Positions 38,339 through 47,113 of a DNA stretch of 64,000 bases are shown here, one piece after another; position 1 is the first letter of the stretch, and the number at the start of each line of letters is the position of its first letter. The position numbers and the translations under genes are program-made. The stretch is from Roseibacillus sp. (lineage in GTDB: Bacteria; Verrucomicrobiota; Verrucomicrobiia; Verrucomicrobiales; Akkermansiaceae), in the NCBI GenBank assembly GCA_965242925.1, contig CBDEUM010000029.1:384001-448000 (forward strand), in the 5' to 3' direction. The notes beneath the pieces were generated by a model that was not told where the DNA came from, made no database searches, and saw only the letters and a program-made list of their open reading frames with translations.

Positions 38339-39022
38339 CTAGCGCCTTGACTTTGAAGGGGCGGATTTTGAGGGCGCACTCGACTTGCTCGGAGCGTCAT
38401 CCGTCTTGGAGGACGAACTCGGGGAGGGAGGGGGAGAAGGACGAGGGGTGGCAGGCCTCGATCTCTCCGGTCTGCTGGGGGAAGGGCGGGAACGGGACGG
38501 GGAAGCCGAGCGGGAACGGGATGGGGAAGCCGAGCGGGAACGGGACGGGGAAGCCGAAGAGCGGGATTGCCCGGAACCCAAGGAGTAGGACTTGGGCGGA
38601 TTGCCCCGGGGAGTGGGACGGGAGGAGCTGGAATTGTGCGAACGCGAGGACGGGCGGATGCCGTTATCGTAGGAATCGGTCAGTTTGCGGGAGCGTCCCC
38701 GGTCGTTGTCGGCAGCGCGACTGTCGCGATGGTGTGACTGACCACGGTTGTGGTTGTGGAGAGGTTTCCGGTAATTGCGATAGTAGGTGTGGTAGTCGGT
38801 CCGGTGCCCCCCGTGGCAGGGATAGTGATTGCAGTGCGAGCAGCGTGTGTGGCGGTAGCGGTAGTAGTTGTTGTGAACGCCGATGTAATAGTCGCTGTAA
38901 AACCCGTCGTAGTAGCCGCCGTGGTAGTTACTGTAGCCACCATTGTAGTAGGGATCGTAAACACAGGAGCTGAGGAGTGCGGCGCAGAGCAATGCGAGAA
39001 ACAGGGGCAGGGAGTGTTTCAT
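38339..39022 (-). CDS. Hypothetical lipoprotein, Tyr/His-rich then Ser/Arg/Pro-rich disordered
   Basis: Lipobox LLSSC; CSHCNHYPCHGGH; SASPSRSR repeats. Confidence 0.6.
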   Translation of the reverse strand: MKHSLPLFLALLCAALLSSCVYDPYYNGGYSNYHGGYYDGFYSDYYIGVHNNYYRYRHTRCSHCNHYPCHGGHRTDYHTYYRNYRKPLHNHNRGQSHHRDSRAADNDRGRSRKLTDSYDNGIRPSSRSHNSSSSRPTPRGNPPKSYSLGSGQSRSSASPSRSRSASPSRSRSASPSRSRPSPSRPERSRPATPRPSPPPSPSSSSKTDDAPSKSSAPSKSAPSKSRR

Positions 39023-39296
39023 GGTTCTTGGACGGCGATTCGTTATACTCTATTCGGGGAAAGTCGGGCCCTGGCACGCAGGAAGTAAGAATTTCTATAG
39101 AGCGCAATTCTCCTCTGCAGACCAGAAAAAGGATACCATAGTCGCTAGAATGCCGGGATATCTCCCTGATTTGGGACAATATGAAGACTCTCGGGCAATA
39201 TCGCGCATTTGAGAATACAATGTGGTTACAAGTTCTTGCGTTGGCCTCGGGAACTCCTATGGTTAGCAACAGAAACTCGTCAGGATCAGGACACCC

Positions 39297-40019
39297 GTGC
39301 GCGCGAACCCACTACCAAAATTTCCACCCCTGCCTCCGCCCCGACGGAGGGCAGGCTTCACCCTGGTTGAGATCATGGCTGTGATGATGGTCATCGCCAT
39401 TCTGCTCTCGGTTGCTGCGGTTGGAATCCAGAGCATCGACCGGGGTCAGGCGACAACTACCGCGCTTTCCGTCACCGAGGCTCTCTTTGATGAAGTTCGC
39501 AGCAGGGCGGTGGGCAAGGGAATACGCGCACGGCTTCTCATTCACAAGGAGCTGGACGACAACGACCCATACAAGGAGGATGGCGACCGCTATCTACGCT
39601 ACATGTATATGGCGGTGGAGGGCACCAATCAGGCGGGAGACGCGCAGGGGGGCGGATGGAAGGTTGAAACGCAGGCAACAAAACTTCCCACCGGGGTCTA
39701 CTTCAGCATCGAGGAGAGCGAGAGAGTGGCTGCTGCGATCGGAGTGGGCAAGCCGGGCACCATGAGCATTAAGCTTCCCGGTGAATCGGATTCGCTCAAG
39801 GAGTGCTACTACTTTGAGTTCAACCCTGAGGGCGTCTGCGTCGACAGTGAGAATGCCGCTTTGGCTCCCGGCGCGGTGGTCGTCCTCATCAGTGGAGCGC
39901 GCCCCCGTGGCGCGGAAGAACCCACGATTCTGAAGAACAACAAGGTGGGTTTCGTCGTCTGGCGTAATGGCCGGACCTCCATTTTCCGCAGCCCTGAACA
40001 AATCGATCGCGCGCAATGA
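39297..40019 (+). CDS. Prepilin-type N-methylation domain protein (Verru_Chthon cassette protein D-like)
   Basis: AGFTLVEIMAVMMVIAILL; GspH/FimT-like layout ending in FEFNPEG...NGRTSIFR. Confidence 0.8.
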   Translation: MRANPLPKFPPLPPPRRRAGFTLVEIMAVMMVIAILLSVAAVGIQSIDRGQATTTALSVTEALFDEVRSRAVGKGIRARLLIHKELDDNDPYKEDGDRYLRYMYMAVEGTNQAGDAQGGGWKVETQATKLPTGVYFSIEESERVAAAIGVGKPGTMSIKLPGESDSLKECYYFEFNPEGVCVDSENAALAPGAVVVLISGARPRGAEEPTILKNNKVGFVVWRNGRTSIFRSPEQIDRAQ

Positions 40020-40768
40020 ACACGATTCTCTCCCAGCTCGGTCGCACCGGTCGCCGTGGGTTTACGCTCATGGAGACCGTGATTGCGATTGGAGTGGTGG
40101 CCGTTCTCCTCACGACTTTCCTGGCTGTCTTCGGACCGGCCTCCTCAAGCATCCGGCGCGTTCTCAGTGCCCAGGAGGCGGGTCGTCTCACCACCGCCCT
40201 GGAGAGGGAACTGGGCACGCTGCGGGTGGGTCCCGATGACGACTATGACAATTCCTTCCACAAGGCCTTCGAGTGGATTCGGGATTCCGGCAAATCGGAC
40301 AAGGTCGTCCTGCTCTACAATTACCGGGGTGATCCGAAGCAAATCCGGGAAGACGCTTCGCTCGAACCGTTCACCCTGGATGGCGGACAGTCCGGTCGGG
40401 ACTTCATCCTCCAGCCGGCTGTCCGACGCAGGGGCGACGCGGAAAACGATCTCAAGGATGATCTCGAGGAGGTGGAGGGCCGGGTCTACCTTGTGCGGAT
40501 GACCCAGATGATCTTTGACGACGGCCAGGATCCCGTCCTCATCCCGGGTAGCCATGGAGAGATCAAGAACATGCACTCCCATGACGCGATCGATAACGTG
40601 ATTTCCTATCCTGGTGCCATCATTGCCTACACGGGCGATTTTTACGCGCTGAAGAGCAACAGCTACGAGTTCATCGAGCGTTTGGATCTCAGTGATGCCA
40701 ATGGCGATGGCGATCCTGACTCACTGGGCAGGCCCCTCTTCTCCCGGAATCTCGGTGTGCGCCGCTGA
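40016..40768 (+). CDS. Prepilin-type protein (cassette protein B-like)
   Basis: RGFTLMETVIAIGVVAVLL; ATGA overlap with the upstream gene. Confidence 0.78.
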   Translation: MNTILSQLGRTGRRGFTLMETVIAIGVVAVLLTTFLAVFGPASSSIRRVLSAQEAGRLTTALERELGTLRVGPDDDYDNSFHKAFEWIRDSGKSDKVVLLYNYRGDPKQIREDASLEPFTLDGGQSGRDFILQPAVRRRGDAENDLKDDLEEVEGRVYLVRMTQMIFDDGQDPVLIPGSHGEIKNMHSHDAIDNVISYPGAIIAYTGDFYALKSNSYEFIERLDLSDANGDGDPDSLGRPLFSRNLGVRR

Positions 40769-40790
40769 CCAGACCCTGCCTTTCCCATCC

Positions 40791-41726
40791 ATGACCATTT
40801 CCCTTTTTCCAAGACGCTCCGCGCGTGGATTCACCCTGGCCGAGTTGATGGTGGCGATGGCGATTACCGTCATTCTCCTTACCCTTCTGGTGTCCGTGAC
40901 GGGGGTGGCCCTCGACGGGTGGCGGATCAGCCGGAACAAGGTAAGGGCCTCCCGGCAGGCCAAGGCCTCTCTCGATCAGATGAGCCGGGACTTTGAGGCC
41001 ATGGTTGTCCGGACCGGGAGTAATTTCGAGTGGCTCTATACCGAGACTGATCCGGATGAACCGGGTCCGGCCGACAATGAAAGCCCGAATGCCGCCCGCA
41101 TCCTCATGTTTTCCGCGGTCACCGATCGTTATGAAGGAGATGTCGAGGGACAGAAGGACAAGGGAGGGGACGTCACGGGACTGAACTACAAGTTGCTCTA
41201 TAAGGACCCCATCACGGATGACTACGACGATAAGTTCAATGTCTTTGCCCTCTACCGCAACCTGGTTGATCCGGACGAGACCTTCGAGAACCTCCTTGAA
41301 CACGACCCTGTCAATCCGAAGGATCTCAATACGAAGTTCAAGCGCTACGAGGCCAATATCGGAAATTCGAGCAATTTTGTCTGCGAGAATATCTTCGAAC
41401 TGACCGTGGTCTTTACGGTGGAATACACCGAACTGGACAGAGGTCGGCTTGTCACGAGGATCGAGCGTATTCCCATCATCAGCACCGGGGGCGATTCTGC
41501 GGCGGAGACCTTCAGATTCACGGGCAATGGGATCAAGGTGGACGACGCCGGGAACGTCCCCTTCAAACGCGGACGGATCTCGGCGGTGGACCTCAGCATC
41601 ACGGTCCTCACGGACAATGGGATCGCCACCCTGCGCAAGGCGAACTTCACCGGGTCCGACCGGAACCGGTTCCTGGCCAAGAACTCCTACCGCTACTCCA
41701 AGACGATCCTTCTTCCACAGCCCTAG
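40791..41726 (+). CDS. Prepilin-type protein (PulJ/GspJ-like, cassette protein C-like)
   Basis: RGFTLAELMVAMAIT, ASLDQMSRD, AVDLSITVL, YRYSKTI. Confidence 0.8.
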   Translation: MTISLFPRRSARGFTLAELMVAMAITVILLTLLVSVTGVALDGWRISRNKVRASRQAKASLDQMSRDFEAMVVRTGSNFEWLYTETDPDEPGPADNESPNAARILMFSAVTDRYEGDVEGQKDKGGDVTGLNYKLLYKDPITDDYDDKFNVFALYRNLVDPDETFENLLEHDPVNPKDLNTKFKRYEANIGNSSNFVCENIFELTVVFTVEYTELDRGRLVTRIERIPIISTGGDSAAETFRFTGNGIKVDDAGNVPFKRGRISAVDLSITVLTDNGIATLRKANFTGSDRNRFLAKNSYRYSKTILLPQP

Positions 41727-41760
41727 AGCGGAGACAATCCAGTCTTCTGCCGAGAGAAGC

Positions 41761-41787
41761 AGGCGCCCGGGTTCCGGGCGCTTTTTT
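41761..41787 (+). terminator. Rho-independent terminator
   Basis: GCGCCCGG-GTT-CCGGGCGC followed by TTTTTT. Confidence 0.85.
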
Positions 41788-41864
41788 GTGGGTCGGAAAA
41801 CCTGAGCACGTCGTCACTTCCCCCTTGCCGCCGGGTAGGGGTTGCTCCCAACCTGCATACCACC

Positions 41865-43379
41865 ATGGGACTCAACGCTTTTTCCATTCTCGCGCAGGCC
41901 GCTGGCGGGGCCGAATATGATACCTTCCGCCTGGTCTCTGTCCTGGTCCTGTCGATCATCCTCATTCTGGTCCTGATTCTGGCCTTTCGGATCCAGGCCT
42001 TTGTGAGCCTGCTCCTTGCGGCCATCTTCGTCGGGATCGGTTCCGGGACGATGGAGCTCATCGAGGTGGGGGACACCATCAAGGAAGGAATGGGCGGGGC
42101 ACTCGGGTTCATTGCCACCATCATCGGCCTGGGGGCGATCTTCGGGCAGATGATCGAGCACTCGGGCGGGGCTCAGAGCCTGGCTAACGGCATGTTGAGA
42201 GCCTTCGGGGAGAAACGGGCCAACTGGGCCATGTTGCTCACGGGCTTTCTCATTTCCATCCCTGTTTTCCTGGATGTGGGGGTCGTGATTCTCGCTCCCA
42301 TTATCTACGCCCTTGCGCGGAAAAGCAGGAAGTCCGTTCTCGTGTTTGCGCTACCTCTGCTGGCCGGGATGGCGGTGACACATGCCTTCGTGCCGCCCAC
42401 CCCGGGCCCCACTTTCGTCGCCTTTGCCCTGCAGGTTCCTCTGGGCTACGCCATTCTCTGGGGAGTCATGGTGGGGCTTCCCACCGCCCTGATCACCATA
42501 CCGATCTGTCGCTGGCTGGGGGAGAAGTTTCACATCGATCCCCCTGCTGCCGATGGTGAGCCGGAGGAGGAGGGAGAGACCGGCAGCAGCACCCAGTCGC
42601 TGGGTCTTCCCTCCGTGTGCACCATTCTTGCCATCCTGGGAGGGCCCATTCTCATCATCGTAGTGGCTTCCTTCGTGGAGGGCTCGATTGCGGACGGGGT
42701 CCCGGAGTTTCTGACCACCGAGGAGGGCAGGACGCTGACGGAGGGGCTGGACAAGAAGAAGTCCTTTGATGTCGCCCTTGGCAGCCTGAAGGCGAAAGCC
42801 TCTACGCTGGCGCACGTCATTCTTTTCCTGGGACACCCCATCATTGCCCTGCTGATCGGCACCTGTGCGGCCATCTACGTTCTCGGCATGCGCCGGGGCG
42901 TTCGCGGAAACGCGTTGATGGAAGTGGCCACCAAGGCCCTCGGTCCGGCCGGGATCATCATCCTGGTGACCGGAGCGGGTGGAGTCTACAAGCAGATGCT
43001 GATCACCACCAAGGTGGGGGATGCGCTGGCTGATATCCTGCAGGGATCAGGGTTGGGCCCTCTCATCCTGGCCTGGACGCTCACCACCATCATCCGCATT
43101 GCACAGGGTTCCGCTACCGTGGCGATGGTCACGGGGGCAGCCTTGATCAGCCCCTTCCTGGCAGCGGGTGACTATTCCACCTCCCAGCTTGCGCTGGTTA
43201 CGATTGCGATAGCGGCGGGGGCTACCGGTTTCGGGCACGTCAACGATAGCGGATTCTGGATCGTGAACCGCTACTTCCACATGACCGAGCGGGAGACCCT
43301 GCTGACCTGGACTCCCATCCTGACCGTCATCTCGGTGGTGGGGTTGATCATGGCGTCCCTGCTCTGGATGGTGGTCTAG
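41865..43379 (+). CDS. GntP-family gluconate/sugar-acid:H+ symporter
   Basis: Multi-TM protein; SIPVFLDVG, HAFVPPTPGP, GAGGVYKQML, RIAQGSATVAM, HVNDSGFW. Confidence 0.92.
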   Translation: MGLNAFSILAQAAGGAEYDTFRLVSVLVLSIILILVLILAFRIQAFVSLLLAAIFVGIGSGTMELIEVGDTIKEGMGGALGFIATIIGLGAIFGQMIEHSGGAQSLANGMLRAFGEKRANWAMLLTGFLISIPVFLDVGVVILAPIIYALARKSRKSVLVFALPLLAGMAVTHAFVPPTPGPTFVAFALQVPLGYAILWGVMVGLPTALITIPICRWLGEKFHIDPPAADGEPEEEGETGSSTQSLGLPSVCTILAILGGPILIIVVASFVEGSIADGVPEFLTTEEGRTLTEGLDKKKSFDVALGSLKAKASTLAHVILFLGHPIIALLIGTCAAIYVLGMRRGVRGNALMEVATKALGPAGIIILVTGAGGVYKQMLITTKVGDALADILQGSGLGPLILAWTLTTIIRIAQGSATVAMVTGAALISPFLAAGDYSTSQLALVTIAIAAGATGFGHVNDSGFWIVNRYFHMTERETLLTWTPILTVISVVGLIMASLLWMVV

Positions 43380-43466
43380 GAGTGGACGCAGGGATCAAGT
43401 GATCCCGGTGCAGGAATGCTTGTTCCCGATCGGCAGGGCGTAGAGGTCCGGGCAGGGCCTTGCGCC

Positions 43467-44789
43467 CTATCCGAACAGCTTTGTGAGGGGCTGGCCACTC
43501 CGCGCCCCGAGCTTGAAGGGCCGTCGGCTGGGGGACATGAGAGTCAGGTCGTGGGGCACTCCCATGGCGAATCCGATGGTGGCGTTGAAGTCCGGTCCTG
43601 TGACCGGGCTTTCCGCCACGTTGGAACCGGTCTCATCGGTTTTTCCGTAAACCTGGCCCCCTTTGATTCCGCCCCCGGCGAGGAGGTAGGAAAAGGCCTT
43701 GGGGAAGTGGTTTCGCCCGGAACGTTCCTGCACGATCTTGGGAGTGCGTCCGAACTCGGTGGCCACCACCACGAGGGTGCTCTCGAGGAGGCCCTTTCCT
43801 TCGAGATCCTGCAGGAGGGCTGACAATGCCTGGTCAAGGATGGGGAGTTTCTGCTCGCACTGATCGAAGTTGTCATTGTGCCAGTCAAAGCCGCCGAGTT
43901 CGACGTCGATGAAGCGGACTCCGCGTTCCACCAGGCGGCGGGCGAGGAGAGCCCCCTTGGAGAAACTGTGGGCGCCGTAGGCGGCGTGAACCTTGGCGTT
44001 TTCCTTTTTCAGGTCGAAGGCCTCGAGGTCTTTGCTTTGCATGAGCTTGACCGCCTCCTCAAAGACCTGGTTGTAGGCCCGCACGTTTTTCTGTCCCTTG
44101 TGGAACTGCTCGTCGAACTGCTTGTCAAGGAGCTGACGGAGAGCGAGTTGCTTGTTGAACTGGGCTTCGCTGACCTGACGGAGTCGCCGCACATTCTGCA
44201 GCCCCGAGTTAGCATCCCCAACCGGGAGCGGTGCATACTGGGGCTCAAAGAACCCGGCCGCCGGATGGTTATTGCCCGAGCCGACGGTCACGAAGGATGG
44301 CAGGCTCTTGTTTGCCCGTTCCTTGAGCCGGGTGATCCAGGCCCCGTTGGAGGGGTGCACGATCGAAGCCCGCTGGGTGTAGCTGGTACGCATGAAATAG
44401 CGTCCCGGTCCGTGAGCTCCCTGGGTGGAGGTCATGGAGCGGACGAGGGCGATCTTGTCCGCCTGTCCGGCCAGTTTGGACATGTAATGGCCGAGTCGCA
44501 CACCATCGGCCTTGGTCTTGATGGTTTCGGTTGGTCCCCGGAACTCATCGGGGGCCTCCGGCTTGGGATCGAAGGTGTCGAGGTGGGTCATGCCGCCAGA
44601 CATGAAGAGGTAGATCACATTCTTGGCCTTGCCCCCACCCTCTGCCACGGTGGCAGGGTCGGCAGCGTGGGCGGCCGGAGAAAAAAGCTCTGCCGCACTT
44701 CCGGCGATGGTGACGCCCAGGCAGCCCCGGGCTGCGGAAGCCATGAAGGAGCGGCGGTCCAGTTCGTCGAGTTTGTTGAGGTCGGACAT
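43467..44789 (-). CDS. DUF1501 protein (Tat-exported)
   Basis: DRRSFM Tat motif, LFMSGGMTHLDTFDPKP, LLARRLVERGVRFI, TEFGRTPKI, GRNHFP. Confidence 0.9.
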   Translation of the reverse strand: MSDLNKLDELDRRSFMASAARGCLGVTIAGSAAELFSPAAHAADPATVAEGGGKAKNVIYLFMSGGMTHLDTFDPKPEAPDEFRGPTETIKTKADGVRLGHYMSKLAGQADKIALVRSMTSTQGAHGPGRYFMRTSYTQRASIVHPSNGAWITRLKERANKSLPSFVTVGSGNNHPAAGFFEPQYAPLPVGDANSGLQNVRRLRQVSEAQFNKQLALRQLLDKQFDEQFHKGQKNVRAYNQVFEEAVKLMQSKDLEAFDLKKENAKVHAAYGAHSFSKGALLARRLVERGVRFIDVELGGFDWHNDNFDQCEQKLPILDQALSALLQDLEGKGLLESTLVVVATEFGRTPKIVQERSGRNHFPKAFSYLLAGGGIKGGQVYGKTDETGSNVAESPVTGPDFNATIGFAMGVPHDLTLMSPSRRPFKLGARSGQPLTKLFG

Positions 44790-44840
44790 GGTGAGTGGAA
44801 TGGGGGTTTTCAGATACGGAATGGTCGTGAAGGGGTAACC

Positions 44841-46871
44841 TTATTGCACGAAGAGGTAGCGCTTGGAGGTCAGCATGGCCCGCGCGAGGGTGAAGATGTC
44901 CTCCCGGTCCTCGGCGAGGGGAAGGAGGTCCTTCTTCTCGGTCTCGGAGGGGCGGCTGGCGTAGAAGGCCAGGAAAAGGTACTCAAGGCGCTGTTCGGGA
45001 TTGGTGATTTCCGCCAGTGCCTCGAAGACCTTCGACCGTCGGCTCTCCGTGCTGGCTGCAACCTGTCCGTTCAGCAGGGTGAGGGCCTGTGGAATGGTGG
45101 CGGCGGTGTGGGCCGCTTCCGGGGTGTTGCGGTCGGAACCACCGAATTGCCGGACCATGTGACCAGCCTTGAAGGGGCTGGGGTGCTCGGAGGCCCGCAT
45201 GTTGATCGCGGCCCGGGCCCCACCGCCGGAGCGGTTCATTGCCGCGCTGCTCATGCCCATTTCCTCCTGTTTCCTTTTTCCCTCCCGGCGCAGGGCCTGC
45301 TGGCGCTGCTTGAGACGTTCCACTTCCTTGGCGTTGCCTCCGGTCCTGGCCTTGGTCTGAGCGATCTGAAGTTCCCGGTACTTTCGCTGGTAGACCCGTC
45401 TCTGCTCGTCCATTTCCTTGGCTGCCCTGCCTGCCTCGAGGAGCTTGTTGGCAGAGAGGTTGAGGAGCCCGCTGATGTCACCCTGGTAGTTTTTCCATTT
45501 GTAATCCAGGGAAGTGTTGATGTTGTCGTCGGTGTTACCGAAGGCCAGCACGGTGAAGGAATCGTAGAGTTCCTCGGCCGACATCCGCCGGAGCTGGGGA
45601 CCCACGAAATAGTAATCCGTGCCCGGGGTAGCTTCCACGGGTGAGACTTGCCGCTGGAAGAGCCTGGTGTGGTAGAGGATCCGCTCAAAGTCACGGGTCC
45701 GGTAGTTCACCCCCTTCATCACTTTCTCGATGTAGGAGAGGACCTCCGGATGGGAACCCACCAGCTTGCTGTTCCAGTCGTCTACCGGATCAACCAAGCC
45801 GTGCCCGAAGGTGCGCCGCCAGAGCCGATTGGCGATGACCTTGGTGAAATAGGGGTTTTCGGTCGAAGTCACCCAGTCGGCAAAGACCCGGCGGCGATCT
45901 TCGGGCTTCACGTCCTTGACCTTGGCGCCGAAGAGGGTGGCGGGCTCGATGGCCTCGCCGGGGGCGGCGTCCTCGTACTGATAGTCGTCGGGGAGCTTGA
46001 GCTTCTGCTTGGCGGACTCGTCGATCTCGTTCCTGTTAAAATAGCGGAGGAGATAGCGCATGTCGCCACTGATCCGCCTGTACATGGTCTTCTGGGCCTT
46101 CGCTTTTTCGGCCTTGTTCTTGTTCTTGAGAGACCGGGTCATGCGAGGGTGATTTTTCTTCGCCTGCTCCGTGACCTTGCTGATGACCGTTCGTGCTTCC
46201 TCGCTGCGATAGGCAATTCCTCCGCTGAAGGCCGCCATCTCGTAGTATTCCATCTGAGTCCACTTGTCGAAAGGGTGGTCGTGGCACTGGGCACAGCCGA
46301 TCTGGTGGCCGAGGAAGACCTGCACTGTATTGCTCACGTTATCGAGCAGCATGCCGCGGTCGCGGAGGTAGTATCCTACCGCGGGGTTCTTTGAAGCATG
46401 GCCCTCCGCGGAAAGCATTTCGTGGACAATCCTGTTCCAGGGCTTGTCGGAGGCCAGGGAGTTGCGCAGCCAGACGTGCCAGCCCAGCCCATACTGTTCG
46501 TCAGTCGTCTGGAGCCGGAGGAGGTCGGCGAAGTAATTGAAAACTGAGCTGTCATAGCCGGGAGAGGAGATCAGGCGCTCGATCAGGTGCGTGCGCTTGT
46601 CGGGCATCTTGTCATCGAGGAACCGGGACGTTTCCATCGCGGTGGGAATGCGGCCCACGATGTTGAGGAAGGTCCGCCGCACGAAAAGTTCGTCCGGGAT
46701 AATCGGAAGCGGCTGCAACTTGCGTGCATCGAGGTCCTTCTCCAGCAATTGATCGATGGTGGAGGCCACCCGGAGAACCTCCTGCAGTTCCAGGGGCTTG
46801 GCGTGGGGAGCGGACCCGGCCACGAGAGTGGCGGAGCCGAGCACAAGAATGGTGCCTGTGATGCACTTCAT
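44841..46871 (-). CDS. DUF1549/DUF1553 (PSD1-type) protein
   Basis: FVRRTFLNIVGRIPT, FLGHQIGCAQCHDHPFDKW, NPYFTKVIANRLW...GLVDPVDD, TIPQALTLLNG. Confidence 0.9.
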   Translation of the reverse strand: MKCITGTILVLGSATLVAGSAPHAKPLELQEVLRVASTIDQLLEKDLDARKLQPLPIIPDELFVRRTFLNIVGRIPTAMETSRFLDDKMPDKRTHLIERLISSPGYDSSVFNYFADLLRLQTTDEQYGLGWHVWLRNSLASDKPWNRIVHEMLSAEGHASKNPAVGYYLRDRGMLLDNVSNTVQVFLGHQIGCAQCHDHPFDKWTQMEYYEMAAFSGGIAYRSEEARTVISKVTEQAKKNHPRMTRSLKNKNKAEKAKAQKTMYRRISGDMRYLLRYFNRNEIDESAKQKLKLPDDYQYEDAAPGEAIEPATLFGAKVKDVKPEDRRRVFADWVTSTENPYFTKVIANRLWRRTFGHGLVDPVDDWNSKLVGSHPEVLSYIEKVMKGVNYRTRDFERILYHTRLFQRQVSPVEATPGTDYYFVGPQLRRMSAEELYDSFTVLAFGNTDDNINTSLDYKWKNYQGDISGLLNLSANKLLEAGRAAKEMDEQRRVYQRKYRELQIAQTKARTGGNAKEVERLKQRQQALRREGKRKQEEMGMSSAAMNRSGGGARAAINMRASEHPSPFKAGHMVRQFGGSDRNTPEAAHTAATIPQALTLLNGQVAASTESRRSKVFEALAEITNPEQRLEYLFLAFYASRPSETEKKDLLPLAEDREDIFTLARAMLTSKRYLFVQ

Positions 46872-47113
46872 GGGGTCGCTAATACAGGTTTCGAGACGAG
46901 GAAAACAGCCTGATTGTCGGATGTTCAGACCTGATACGGATGAAACCCCGCAGGGCTTACGGAGTTGTGGCGGGAAACCACCACGATCCGATCAGGCGGA
47001 AGCAACTGGTGGCGGGTCCGGAAGGGTCAGGGCCAGCTGGGAGCGTCAGCTTGCCTTGTGTTCGTTTCGGGGACTACTCTTCCCCCATCAGACCTCCAAT
47101 CCATGCCTGCCCA

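Noticed and set aside
39072..39090. TGGCACG as a sigma-54 promoter for the prepilin cassette
   Set aside because: The -12 TTGC element is missing at the required spacing.
43878..45644. Long antisense ORFs (588 aa here; also 27687-29054, 34901-36040 and 1535-2422)
   Set aside because: They mirror well-supported genes on the opposite strand, which is common in GC-rich DNA, and show no recognisable motifs.
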